From positions 1 to 39,462 of the IMG/VR virus record IMGVR_UViG_3300037483_000650: a stretch of DNA of 39,462 nucleotides; one strand, given 5' to 3'. Made by a program: the position numbers and the translations under genes. The notes under the pieces were generated by a model. It ran no database searches. It was not told the DNA's origin and saw nothing but the letters and a program-made list of their open reading frames with translations. The DNA comes from a virus. Lineage: Duplodnaviria; Caudoviricetes. Position 1 is the stretch's first letter. Each line of letters opens with the position of its first letter. Positions 1-8,867 of this stretch are shown here, piece after piece.

Positions 1-187
1 GGGTCAACGGGGCGGCGTGGCCGATCGTCGCCGGGATCTGCGACACCCAGACGCTCGAGGCGGGCGAGGACGGAACCGCGCGGCTCAGGCTCAGGATCAC
101 CGAGCCGGTGTTCGCGATCGAGCGGGCCCAAAACCTCGCCTTCACGCCCGAATGGCTGAACGCCCGGTTCCCGGACTCGCCGGACCG
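1..187 (+). repeat. Terminal direct repeat, left copy (circularisation overlap)
   Basis: Matches 39276-39462 except at positions 128 (c vs g) and 131 (a vs g). Confidence 0.95.
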
Positions 188-251
188 GCTGACCGGGCTC
201 GATCTCGTGTCCGGGCTGGCGTCGAAATCGGTGAGCTGGACCCTGACATGA
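1..251 (+). CDS. 3' part of the minor tail protein that starts at 38957 and runs across the junction
   Basis: Frame continues ...ERAQNLAFTPEWLNARFPDSPDRLTGLDLVSGLASKSVSWTLT to TGA at 249-251, which overlaps the next ATG (ATGA). Confidence 0.85.
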   Translation, partial: VNGAAWPIVAGICDTQTLEAGEDGTARLRLRITEPVFAIERAQNLAFTPEWLNARFPDSPDRLTGLDLVSGLASKSVSWTLT

Positions 252-667
252 CGACCGTCAGGGAGAGGCTCGCCGCCGGGATCGAGGCCGCGATCACCGC
301 CGCCGCGCGGCGGCCGGCGGTCTGGGGAGAGGACGACTGCATGATGTTCATCGCCGCCATTCTCGGCGGCGCCGGTCTCGGCGATCACGCCGGGCCCTGG
401 CGCGGCCGCTACCGGGACGAGGCCGGGGCGCGCGCGGCCATGGGCTGGCGCGGGCCGGCCGGGGTGATGGCCGACGCCGCCCGGCGCTCGGGATGGCGGC
501 GGATCGGGCCGGGATGCGCGGCTCCGGGCGACGTGGGCCTCGTTTCCAGCCCCGCCGGCATGGCCGGGGCGATCGCCTGGCGGGCGGGATGGTGGGTCCA
601 GAGGACCGCGGCCGGGATCGCGTTCCACCGCGCCGACGGCGTCCGCGCCGCCTGGAGGGTCGTCTGA
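248..667 (+). CDS. Tail assembly protein, NlpC/P60-like (DUF6950-type)
   Basis: WGEDDCMMF...WRGRY...PGDVGLV motifs. Lies between the minor tail and tail-tip genes. ATG at 248 is coupled to the upstream stop. Confidence 0.8.
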   Translation: MTTVRERLAAGIEAAITAAARRPAVWGEDDCMMFIAAILGGAGLGDHAGPWRGRYRDEAGARAAMGWRGPAGVMADAARRSGWRRIGPGCAAPGDVGLVSSPAGMAGAIAWRAGWWVQRTAAGIAFHRADGVRAAWRVV

Positions 668-2202
668 TGCCGGTCCTCGTCGGATCGCTCGCCGGCTCTC
701 TTCTGGCCGGGGCCGGCGTCGGGCTCACCACCGCGCTGACGATCGGGACCTTCGCCGGCTCGGTGCTGGTGCCGGTTGGGGTCTCGCTCGCGGCCTCGGC
801 GCTGGCGCGGACCCTCACCGACAAATCGGGACCGTCGCCTGCGGCGGCGGCCGGCGGGATCGCCGCGATCAACGCGCCGGAGGTGCGCGGCTCGGTCAAG
901 CAGGCGACGGCGCCCCTGAGGGTCGTGTTCGGCGAGGCCCGGGTCGGCGGGGTCGTCTACTTCTACGACAAGAATCCGCCGTTCCTCTACCTCGGCCTCA
1001 TGCACTCGATCTTGCCGATCAGCGAATACCGCGACCTCTATATCGGCGATACCCTGGTGCTGCTCAACAACGTCAACACCCCGCTCGCCGCGCCCTACGT
1101 CAACCGCTTGGTCGTCAACGCCCAGGCCGGGCTCGACACCGACGCCCAGAACACGCGGATCGCCAATGACTGGTCGCTGCCGGCCGACTTCAGGCTGCCC
1201 GGGGTAGCCAACAGCGTTTTCCGGTTCCACTACGGGAGCGATTTCGCCGAGTTCGAGGCGCTGTGGGGCCAGGTCCAGGTGCCGCGCGCCGAATGGGTGG
1301 TCAGGGGGACGCCGGTGCCGGACCCGAGGCGCGCGGCGCACCGGCTGGATCCCGACCCGCGCGATCCGGCCGACCTCTACGACGCGATCGCGAGCTGGGA
1401 CTGGTCCAATAACGCCTCGCTGATCCAGGCGTTCTGGACCGCGATGCCGTTCGGGCTCAACGCTTCCTTCGGCGCGATCCGCTGGGACGAGGTGGCCCGG
1501 GCGGCCGATTTCGACGACGAGCGGGTGGCGCTCAAGGGCGGGGGCAGCCAGGCGCGGCACACGATCGACGGCGTCGTCAGCCTCGACCAGAAGCCGCTGA
1601 CGGTGATGGAGGCGATGCTGACCGCCAACCGCGGCTTCATCTCGCCCTCGCGCGGCGGGGTCACGGTCTCGTCCTCGCAGCCGCGCGATCCGGTGATGAC
1701 CATCACCGATTCCGACATCATCGGCGGCTTCACCTTCCGCGACGACCAGCCCAAGCGCGACCTCGCCAACGTCGCGAGCTGCACCTTCATCGCGCCCGAC
1801 CGGGCGTGGCAGGACGCGACCGGGCCGGTGCTGCGCGACGAGGCGCTGATCGCGGCCGACGGCGAGGAGCTGGAGATGTCGGTGCGGATGCCGTTCACCT
1901 CGACCCATCAGCGGGCGCAGCGGGTGCTCAAGGGATTCCGCGACGAGACCCGGGTCGGGCGGCTGATCACCTGCGTCGTCTCGCTGAGGGCGCTGGGGCT
2001 GGTCGAGGGGATGGTGGCGCGGTTCGAGTCGGCGATCTGGCCGGCGGCGAACGGCATCTACCAGGTCCACGAGTGGGGGCTCGCCGAGAGCTTCGCCGGG
2101 ATCGCGCTGGTGCTCGCCGAGTACGACGCCCAGATCGCGCGGGCGTGGAACGCGGCGGCCGACGAGCAGGCGTTCGCGCTCGAGGTCGAGGAGGCCGTGT
2201 GA
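667..2202 (+). CDS. Tail tip / host-specificity (gpJ-like hub) protein
   Basis: VVFGEARVGG, DPR...WSNNASL, AADFDDERV and HQRAQRVLK motifs typical of alphaproteobacterial phage tail proteins. TGATG coupling at 667. Confidence 0.85.
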   Translation: MPVLVGSLAGSLLAGAGVGLTTALTIGTFAGSVLVPVGVSLAASALARTLTDKSGPSPAAAAGGIAAINAPEVRGSVKQATAPLRVVFGEARVGGVVYFYDKNPPFLYLGLMHSILPISEYRDLYIGDTLVLLNNVNTPLAAPYVNRLVVNAQAGLDTDAQNTRIANDWSLPADFRLPGVANSVFRFHYGSDFAEFEALWGQVQVPRAEWVVRGTPVPDPRRAAHRLDPDPRDPADLYDAIASWDWSNNASLIQAFWTAMPFGLNASFGAIRWDEVARAADFDDERVALKGGGSQARHTIDGVVSLDQKPLTVMEAMLTANRGFISPSRGGVTVSSSQPRDPVMTITDSDIIGGFTFRDDQPKRDLANVASCTFIAPDRAWQDATGPVLRDEALIAADGEELEMSVRMPFTSTHQRAQRVLKGFRDETRVGRLITCVVSLRALGLVEGMVARFESAIWPAANGIYQVHEWGLAESFAGIALVLAEYDAQIARAWNAAADEQAFALEVEEAV

Positions 2203-3596
2203 TGGCGGCGCACGGGGCGGTCGCCGCGGTTCCGGCCGCCGGAACGCCGGACCGGCCGCTCGCCCAGGCGCTGCTGATCGAGCGCTACGGCTACGTGGTC
2301 AAGGCGGCCGAGGACCCGGCCGATCTCGATCCGCGCGGCGAGGGCGGCACCCTCGCACTCGTCATCGGCTACGCCGGCAAGTGGTTCTGGCTCGACCCGG
2401 CGGACGCGACCACCGCGCACGACGGGGTCACCTGCATCGTCACCACCGCGACCGGCGGGCGCTACAAGATCGAGGGGGTCGAGTATCTCGTCATCGATGT
2501 CGCCGACAAGGACCTCGCCGCGCCGCCGGGGACGCCGGCGATCGGCGAGCGGTACATCGTCGGCGCGGCGGCGACCGGCGACTGGGCGAGCCACGACGAC
2601 GAGATCGCGGTCTTCACCGCGCGCGGCTGGGAGTTCATCGAGCCCGGCCAGGGCCGGATCGCCTATGTGGCCGACGAGCAGATCTTCTACCATTTCACCG
2701 CCGCCGGGGCGTGGGCGGCCGGGTTGGGGGCGACCCCGCTGGCGGCCGACTCGGTGCCGTTCGGCGCCGCGATCGGGTTCGGGGCGATCGCGATCGTCGA
2801 GAACCAGACGACGACGGCGCCGCCCGGATCGCCCTCGACCGGGGATGCCTACATCATCGGCGCCTCGGCGACCGGGGCCTGGACCGGCCACGACGGCAAG
2901 GTCGCGATCTGCGAGGACGGGGCGACGTTCACGATCTACGCCCCGGCCCAGGGGTTCCGCGCCCACGACAAGGCCTTGAACCGCGATCTGAGGTGGAGCG
3001 GCTCGGCCTGGGTCTCGGCCGGCGGGTATTTCACGATCGTCAAGATCGAGTACACCGCCAACGACACCTATTCCAAGCCGGCCGATCTGATCGGGGTCAT
3101 GGTCGAGGTCTACGGCGGCGGCGGCGGCGGCAGCGGCTCGGCGGCGGCCGGCGGGGCCGGGGCGCAATCGGCGTTCGGCTCGCACTGCTCGGCGACCGGG
3201 GGCGCCGGAGGGCCGAACAGCGCGGCCGGCGGCGACGGCGGCGCCGGCACCGGCGGCGATATCAACCGCGACGGCGAGCGCGGCTGGGGCCATGGCGCGA
3301 TCACCGACGCGGCGACCGCGCCGGGCGGGCGGGCGGCGGGTCCCCACGCCGGCAGCGGCGGCGGCGGGCTCGACACCGTGGCCTCCGGCTTCCGGCCCGG
3401 CGCCGGCGGCTCGTCGTCGAAGAACGCGGCGGCGCGCTCGGGCGGCGGCGGCGGCGGCTACGCGGGCAAGTGGATCGACGCCGCCGATCTCGCCGCCAAC
3501 GAGGCGGTTCAGGTCGGCGCCGGCGGCGCCGGCAACGGCGCCGGCGCGGCTGGCGCGCTCGGCACCGTCATCGTCTGGCAGTACAGGTCGATCTGA
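2202..3596 (+). CDS. Tail fibre-associated protein with two DUF2793-like domains and a Gly-rich C-terminus
   Basis: Two copies of APPGxPxxGxxYIxGAxATGxWxxHDxxxA, followed by a GGGGGG/GxGG-rich domain. TGATG coupling at 2202. Confidence 0.8.
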   Translation: MAAHGAVAAVPAAGTPDRPLAQALLIERYGYVVKAAEDPADLDPRGEGGTLALVIGYAGKWFWLDPADATTAHDGVTCIVTTATGGRYKIEGVEYLVIDVADKDLAAPPGTPAIGERYIVGAAATGDWASHDDEIAVFTARGWEFIEPGQGRIAYVADEQIFYHFTAAGAWAAGLGATPLAADSVPFGAAIGFGAIAIVENQTTTAPPGSPSTGDAYIIGASATGAWTGHDGKVAICEDGATFTIYAPAQGFRAHDKALNRDLRWSGSAWVSAGGYFTIVKIEYTANDTYSKPADLIGVMVEVYGGGGGGSGSAAAGGAGAQSAFGSHCSATGGAGGPNSAAGGDGGAGTGGDINRDGERGWGHGAITDAATAPGGRAAGPHAGSGGGGLDTVASGFRPGAGGSSSKNAAARSGGGGGGYAGKWIDAADLAANEAVQVGAGGAGNGAGAAGALGTVIVWQYRSI

Positions 3597-4187
3597 TGGC
3601 CGGAAATCCAACCAGCATCGAGACCGTGGTCGGCGCCGGCGCGGTCGCCAAGGCCGATTTCAGGGCCCACAGCGACGCCGGCCAGGTCAACGTCCACGCC
3701 GACGCCGACGCGCTGCGGGCGACGAACGCGACGCCGCAACTCGTCGCCTACGTCGCCTCGCTCGATACCATTTTCCGGCGTGATCCGGCATCGTCCGCGG
3801 CGGATGACGGCGTCGCGGTGATCGTCGACGGAAACGGCAACCGGTGGCTGGCCCGCGATGATGGTGCGGTCGAGCCGAGCGCGGCGTTCGTGGCCAGCCG
3901 GACGGCGCTCAAGGCGCTCGATACCGCGAGTGTTGTGCATGCGTATCTCACCGAAGCGGGCCGCGAGGGGGTGTTCCTGTGGGACGCATCGGACCTCTCG
4001 GCGACGCTGGTGCGGGCCTCGGTCGCCTCGACGGCAGTCAATTCCGGCACCGAGACGGTCACCAAGGCGGACCACGGGCAACGGGGACGTGACCGCCGAG
4101 GTCGTCTCGACGACCTCGATCGTGTTCCGGGCGTTCGTCGGGACGACGCTCACCGACATGGCCTTTTCCTACGAGGTCAAGGAATAG
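3596..4187 (+). pseudogene. Tail fibre/tailspike gene interrupted near 4077 (internal deletion or frameshift)
   Basis: The N-terminal frame (DDGVAVIVDGNGNRW, YLTEAGREGVFLW) looks protein-like up to TKADHG. A protein-like C-terminus (GNGDVTAEVV...FSYEVKE*) is in the +1 frame. Confidence 0.65.
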
Positions 4188-4257
4188 CGCGGCGGCGGCC
4201 GACACCGGAACGCATTTCAACATCGTGAGCGGCAATCAACAGAAGGAGACCTGAGAC

Positions 4258-4740
4258 ATGGCCGACGGAGTGTTCAACATCGCCAAGGGGCGGATCATCG
4301 AGCTGTGGAACCGGGTCAAGGCCAACGACCCGGCTGCCTCGGCGCTCGTCGTCGTGCTCTTGAAGGCCAACGAGGCCGAGGCCGCGCTGATCGACCGCGA
4401 CGACCTCGGCGCGGTTCTCGGCGCCGCCGGCACCACCGAGGCCGACTTCACCAACTACGCCCGCAAGGTGCTGACCGACACCGATCTCGCCGCGCTGGCG
4501 TTCGCGCCGGACGACGCCAACGACCGGTTCGATGTCGACCTCGACGACCAGACCTGGACCGCCGCCGGCGGCGCGGCCAACAACACGCTGACCAAGCTCC
4601 TCGTCTGCTACGACGCCGACACCGCGGCCGGCACCGACGCCGACATCGTGCCGCTCGCCCATTACGACTTCGCGGTGACGACCGACGGCAACGATCTCAT
4701 CGCCCAGTTCAACGCCGCCGGCATCCTCAGGGCGTCGTAG
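4258..4740 (+). CDS. Putative virion structural protein (160 aa, minor tail/fibre subunit)
   Basis: Strong RBS AAGGAG. Acidic, beta-rich, with EADFTNYARKVL and DFAVTTDGNDL motifs of the kind seen in phage tail modules. Confidence 0.7.
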   Translation: MADGVFNIAKGRIIELWNRVKANDPAASALVVVLLKANEAEAALIDRDDLGAVLGAAGTTEADFTNYARKVLTDTDLAALAFAPDDANDRFDVDLDDQTWTAAGGAANNTLTKLLVCYDADTAAGTDADIVPLAHYDFAVTTDGNDLIAQFNAAGILRAS

Positions 4741-4750
4741 GGAGTCCGGC

Positions 4751-5971
4751 ATGACAATCTGGAACGTCTCGACATCGGCGGAGCTGGTCTCGGCGCTCGC
4801 CGCCGCGCAGCCGCTTGACGAGATCGTGCTCGCCGACGGGAATTACGGCGATCTGAACATCGGGGGGCGCCAGTACGCCGACTATGTGACCATCAGGGGT
4901 GGGCACGCCGCGGTGTTCACTGGAGCCTGGAACCCGCCGACGACCTCGGCGGCGTTCGTCCGGCTCGACGGCTTCACTCTCGACGGCGGGCTGCAACTGT
5001 CCGGCCTGTCCGGCGCGGTGACGCATCACATCGAAGTCCTGAACCTCGCAATCGGCCCCGTTGTCGGCAACGACGTGATGCAGATCATGGGCGGCGTCCA
5101 TGACGTTTTGATCCAGGGCTGCAAGGTCCGGGACTCGATCTCCACGGACCCGCTGGCGCACCCCGACCTGATTCAGATGTTCCGGGACTTCGACACCGAC
5201 GCGACGCCGGCCAACATCACGATCAGGCGCAATCTGTTCTGGGACGATCCGGGCACCGGCGTCATCGGCGCCCAGGGCGTGTTCGTCTCGGACGGCAGCT
5301 GGACCAATGGGTATTCCGGGATCGTGATCGAGGAGAACGTGATCTCCCCGGTCTTGATCAACGCCCTGACGCTTCAGTCGGGTCTCGCCGGGTGCGCTCT
5401 CAGGAACAACCTCATCACCTCGGGGCGCATCTGGATCGTCAACAACCAGGCGCTCGGCAATGCCGGCACCGTGGTCGAGGGCAACGTGTCGCCCGACCTG
5501 CTCGACGACGGCGGTGGCGCGACGGTCCAGAACAACTACACCGGCGAGGTCAGCGGCTATTTGCCGAACCTCGTAGACGGCTCAACGCTGGATCAGTACC
5601 GGCCGGCACCGGGCTCACCGATCGAGCCCTATCTGGGGTGGCTGATCGCCATCCTCGACGGACAACCACAGGTGCCTCCCATGGACTTTCTCACGATCAT
5701 CGCGGTTCGCGTCGTCTCCGGCCCGGTCACGGCCATCATTGTCGGCACGCCGGGCCAGCCCGACCACGACATCGAGATCGCGCCGAACGACCCGAATTAT
5801 GTTGGGGCTGCCATCGTCGAGTACGACGCGCAGGACACCGAGGGATTTACCTCGACGGCGACCGTGACCGTAAATTTTACGGGAACGCCGCCGGTGCTGG
5901 CTGACGACAACGTCGGCGCGCCGAAGGGCACGACTGTCCGGCCGGCGGTGCTGGTGAACGACGTGGCCTGA
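4751..5971 (+). CDS. Right-handed parallel beta-helix (pectin-lyase-like) protein with C-terminal Ig-like domain
   Basis: AELVSALAAAQPLDEIVLADGNY cap helix, HPDLIQMF, repeated ITIRRN/IVIEEN/VVEGN rungs, and a C-terminal STATVTV...PVLADD...VLVND segment. Confidence 0.8.
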   Translation: MTIWNVSTSAELVSALAAAQPLDEIVLADGNYGDLNIGGRQYADYVTIRGGHAAVFTGAWNPPTTSAAFVRLDGFTLDGGLQLSGLSGAVTHHIEVLNLAIGPVVGNDVMQIMGGVHDVLIQGCKVRDSISTDPLAHPDLIQMFRDFDTDATPANITIRRNLFWDDPGTGVIGAQGVFVSDGSWTNGYSGIVIEENVISPVLINALTLQSGLAGCALRNNLITSGRIWIVNNQALGNAGTVVEGNVSPDLLDDGGGATVQNNYTGEVSGYLPNLVDGSTLDQYRPAPGSPIEPYLGWLIAILDGQPQVPPMDFLTIIAVRVVSGPVTAIIVGTPGQPDHDIEIAPNDPNYVGAAIVEYDAQDTEGFTSTATVTVNFTGTPPVLADDNVGAPKGTTVRPAVLVNDVA

Positions 5972-7221
5972 TGGCAACGATATTCTCGGGCACGCTGACA
6001 TCCGACGACAGCGGCGCCGAGGACTATAGCTATCGGCAACGAGTCCCGATTACTGGCGACGCCCAGGATCAGGTTCGGGTGACGTTCCGTGCGTCATCCG
6101 CGGCAGCGTGGTCGGTGGACAACGCCTCGATAGGTATTGCCACCACGGACGGCTCGACCGCGTCCACGCCGGTGGAGCTTCTGTTCGGCGGGGCTTCCGG
6201 CTTTGCCATCTCGGCGGGCGCGGACATCACCAGCGACTGGCTGACCTTCGCGGGATTTATTTCAACCGACGAGCTGGTTGTGATCATGGATCACGCCAGC
6301 GCCAACGGGAATTGCCGCCGCAACGCCGCCGGCGCCGGCGGGTCGAATAACTACTCGAAGTCCGCGACCAACAGTTACAACTCGACTGACGGGCTCCAGT
6401 CGAATGGGTGGTTTTTGTCGGCGGCCTGGAATCTGGGCGTCGCACTGATCGAGACCCAGGCGGGCGGCGGAACGCCGATCGGGCTTGCCGCCGAGACCGA
6501 CGCGGCGCTCGCGGTCGCCGCGGCGAGGAGACTGGCGGTCGGCCTCGCCGCCGAGACGGATTCACCGCTGGCGGCGACGATCGCGCGGGCGAGGGCGGCC
6601 GGCCTCGCCGCCGAGACTGATTCACCGCTGGCGGCGACGATCGCGCGGGCGCTGGCGGCCGGCCTCGCCGCCGAGACGGATTCAGCCCTCGCGGCGACGA
6701 TCGCCCGCGTCAGGGCCGTTGGCGTTTCCGCCGAGAGCGACACCGCGCTCGCGCTCGGGACCCAGCTCGTCGTCGCCCTCGGCCTCGCCGCCGAGACGGA
6801 CGCCGCGCTCGCGGCGACCATCGCCCGGGCAAGGGCGCTGGGGCTCGCGACCGAGAGCGACATCGCGCTCGGCCTCGCCGGCCAGATCGTGGTCGCCGTC
6901 GGCCTCGCGGGCGAGAGTGACGCCGCGCCCGCCGCGACCATCGCCCGGGCGCTCGCGCTCGCTCTCGCGGCCGAGAGCGATCTCGCCCCGGCTGCGACGA
7001 TCGCCCGGGCGCGGGCGCTGGGGCTCGCGGCGGAGACCGGAGCCGCGCTCGCCATCGCCGCCCGTCGCGCCGTCGCGCTGGGGCTCGCCGCCGACACCGG
7101 GATCGCGCTCGCCCTCGTCATCGCCGGGATCGCGCTCGACCCGCCGCTGACCGCCGGGATCGCCGATCCCGGCAGGACCGCGAGCGTGACCGATCCGGGC
7201 CGCACCGTCACCATCAACTGA
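5971..7221 (+). CDS. Protein with a globular N-terminal domain and 11 tandem 20-aa repeats
   Basis: 416 aa. Repeat consensus GLAAETDxALAATIARAxAx. Coupled to the upstream stop. Confidence 0.8.
   Translation: MATIFSGTLTSDDSGAEDYSYRQRVPITGDAQDQVRVTFRASSAAAWSVDNASIGIATTDGSTASTPVELLFGGASGFAISAGADITSDWLTFAGFISTDELVVIMDHASANGNCRRNAAGAGGSNNYSKSATNSYNSTDGLQSNGWFLSAAWNLGVALIETQAGGGTPIGLAAETDAALAVAAARRLAVGLAAETDSPLAATIARARAAGLAAETDSPLAATIARALAAGLAAETDSALAATIARVRAVGVSAESDTALALGTQLVVALGLAAETDAALAATIARARALGLATESDIALGLAGQIVVAVGLAGESDAAPAATIARALALALAAESDLAPAATIARARALGLAAETGAALAIAARRAVALGLAADTGIALALVIAGIALDPPLTAGIADPGRTASVTDPGRTVTIN
6481..7140 (+). repeat. 11 tandem 60-bp coding repeats
   Basis: Units start at 6481, 6541 and so on to 7081, most beginning ggcctcgccgccgagac or similar. 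Exact 60-bp period with no indels. Confidence 0.9.
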
Positions 7222-7229
7222 GGCAGGAC

Positions 7230-7553
7230 ATGGCCGACTACACGATCAAGGCCGGCGACGCCGGCGCGGCGATCGGCGCGGTCCTCGCCGACGCCTCGGG
7301 TCCGGTCGACCTTTCGGGCGCCAGCGTCCGGTTCGTGATGGCCGACGCCCAGACCGGGGCGGTCAAGGTCGCCGCCGCGGCGACCATCACCGACGCCGCC
7401 GCCGGGGCGGTGTCCCACACGTGGGCGGCGGCCGACCTCGACACCGCCGGCAGCTACCTCGCCGAGTTCGAGGTGACGTTCGGCTCGGGCGAGATCGCGA
7501 CGTTCCCGAGCGCCGGCTGGATCACCATCGAGGTCGTCGACGATCTCGACTGA
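7230..7553 (+). CDS. BppU-like baseplate/fibre adaptor protein
   Basis: YTIKAGD...PVDLSGASVRFVM...DLDTAGSYLAEFEVTF...TFPSAGWITIEV pattern. Confidence 0.7.
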   Translation: MADYTIKAGDAGAAIGAVLADASGPVDLSGASVRFVMADAQTGAVKVAAAATITDAAAGAVSHTWAAADLDTAGSYLAEFEVTFGSGEIATFPSAGWITIEVVDDLD

Positions 7554-7577
7554 CCAGGCCAACTCATGGGGGAGCAC

Positions 7578-7898
7578 ATGACCAGGCCGATCTGGCCGGC
7601 GGCGGCGCTCGGCATCGCCGCCGGCTTCGTCTTCTTTCTCGTCGCCGGCGGCGCCTCGCCGGCGCCGGGGCAGGTGTGCGCGCCGAGGGCCGCGATCGTC
7701 GGCCAGCTCACCGGCTCTGCCTATTCCGAGCGGCTCGCCGGCCGCGGCGCCATCGCCGGGCTGGTCGCGGTCGAGCTCTACGTCTCGGCCGCCGGCAGCT
7801 GGTCGCTGGTGACGACCCGGCCGCGCGGGCCGTCGTGCCTGATCCTCGCCGGCGAGGGCTGGGAGCTGGTGGCGCCGGCGTTCGGCGAGGAGCTGTAG
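7578..7898 (+). CDS. Exported small protein of a conserved alphaproteobacterial type
   Basis: Signal-like N-terminus, then CAPR...YSE...GSWSLV...GPSCLILAGEGW. RBS GGGAG before ATG 7578. Confidence 0.65.
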   Translation: MTRPIWPAAALGIAAGFVFFLVAGGASPAPGQVCAPRAAIVGQLTGSAYSERLAGRGAIAGLVAVELYVSAAGSWSLVTTRPRGPSCLILAGEGWELVAPAFGEEL

Positions 7899-8603
7899 AT
7901 GGCGCCGGGTTTTGACGCGGCGGCGGCCCGCCTGCTCGAATTCATCCGGCGGACCGAGACCGGCAGGACCGGGCGCGAGGCCTACGATGTCGTCTACGGC
8001 CACCACCAGGGCGAATTGCCCAAGCCGGTGACCCGAATGACGATCGCCGAGGTGATCGCCGGCGGCGGCGCCCGCGCGGCGCGGTGGGGCTCCTCGGCGG
8101 CCGGCGCCTATCAGTTCATGCGCGCGACGCTGGAGGGGCTGAGGGCCGAGCTCGGGCTTTCCGGCCGCGCGGTCATGAGCCCCGACCTTCAGGACCGGCT
8201 GGCCATGGCGCTCCTCGAGCGGCGCGGCCTCGCCCGGTTCATCGCCGGCGATATTTCGCTCGTGGCGTTCGCGCGCAACCTCGCCATGGAGTGGGCCTCG
8301 CTGCCGGTGCTGGCGCCGACCCGTCGCGGCACGCGCGAGGTTAAGCGCGGCCACAGCTACTACGCCGGGGATGGCCGCAACCGGGCGCTGGTCGCGCCCG
8401 AGCGGATCGAGGCGCTGCTCGCCGAGGTGATGGCGCTGGCGCGGACGGGCGCGCCGGAGCCGGAGCCGGCGGTGGAGCCCGCGCGCCGGGGCCGGGGCGG
8501 GATCGCCGCCCTCATCGCCGCGCTGGTCGCGCTCGGCGCGGTGATCGCCGCCAACTGGAGCCAGTTCGTCGACATGGTGCTGTCGCTGCTTGGCGGCATT
8601 TAG
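7899..8603 (+). CDS. Endolysin, lambda-lysozyme/GH104-like muramidase with a C-terminal hydrophobic helix
   Basis: LLEFIRRTE...YDVVYG...SSAAGAYQFMRATL...QDRLA...LAMEWASLP motifs. Confidence 0.85.
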   Translation: MAPGFDAAAARLLEFIRRTETGRTGREAYDVVYGHHQGELPKPVTRMTIAEVIAGGGARAARWGSSAAGAYQFMRATLEGLRAELGLSGRAVMSPDLQDRLAMALLERRGLARFIAGDISLVAFARNLAMEWASLPVLAPTRRGTREVKRGHSYYAGDGRNRALVAPERIEALLAEVMALARTGAPEPEPAVEPARRGRGGIAALIAALVALGAVIAANWSQFVDMVLSLLGGI

Positions 8604-8615
8604 AGAGGAGGCCAA

Positions 8616-8867
8616 ATGATTTACATCATCGGATTCTTCGTCGTCCTCGGCGTCGCGCTTGTCGTCGCCAACGAGATCGACGCGCTCACGGGCTGGAAAA
8701 CGCGCATCTTCACCGCGCTGCTCGCGCTCGGCACGGCGCTTCAGGCGTCCGGCGCATTCGAGCTCGTGTCATCGGACGCGGAGCTCGGCGCCGTCGGCGC
8801 AGGGACCGCGTTCATCGTGTTCCTGCTCCGCCAGATGACGACCACACCGCCGGGGAGGAAATTCTGA
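8616..8867 (+). CDS. Holin candidate (2-3 TM helices)
   Basis: RBS GGAGG, hydrophobic segments, GWKT motif and a basic C-terminus. Directly follows the endolysin. Confidence 0.6.
   Translation: MIYIIGFFVVLGVALVVANEIDALTGWKTRIFTALLALGTALQASGAFELVSSDAELGAVGAGTAFIVFLLRQMTTTPPGRKF

Noticed and set aside
1-187. Physical terminal repeats of the virion DNA
   Set aside because: The repeat splits a tail gene, and a lambda-type terminase with a cos-like site lies at 26.4 kb. It is best explained as assembly overlap.
4207-4221. Second LexA box upstream of gene 4258
   Set aside because: GAAC-N6-CAAC has the wrong spacing and a mismatch.
6481-7140. 60-bp periodic array as a CRISPR array
   Set aside because: The units are degenerate in-frame coding repeats without unique spacers, and there are no cas genes.
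409-8615. Long minus-strand ORFs (409-2070, 2058-3611, 6375-8615) and similar alternative-frame ORFs elsewhere
   Set aside because: These are Arg/Pro/Gly-rich shadows of real genes, expected in very GC-rich DNA, with no motifs or RBS.
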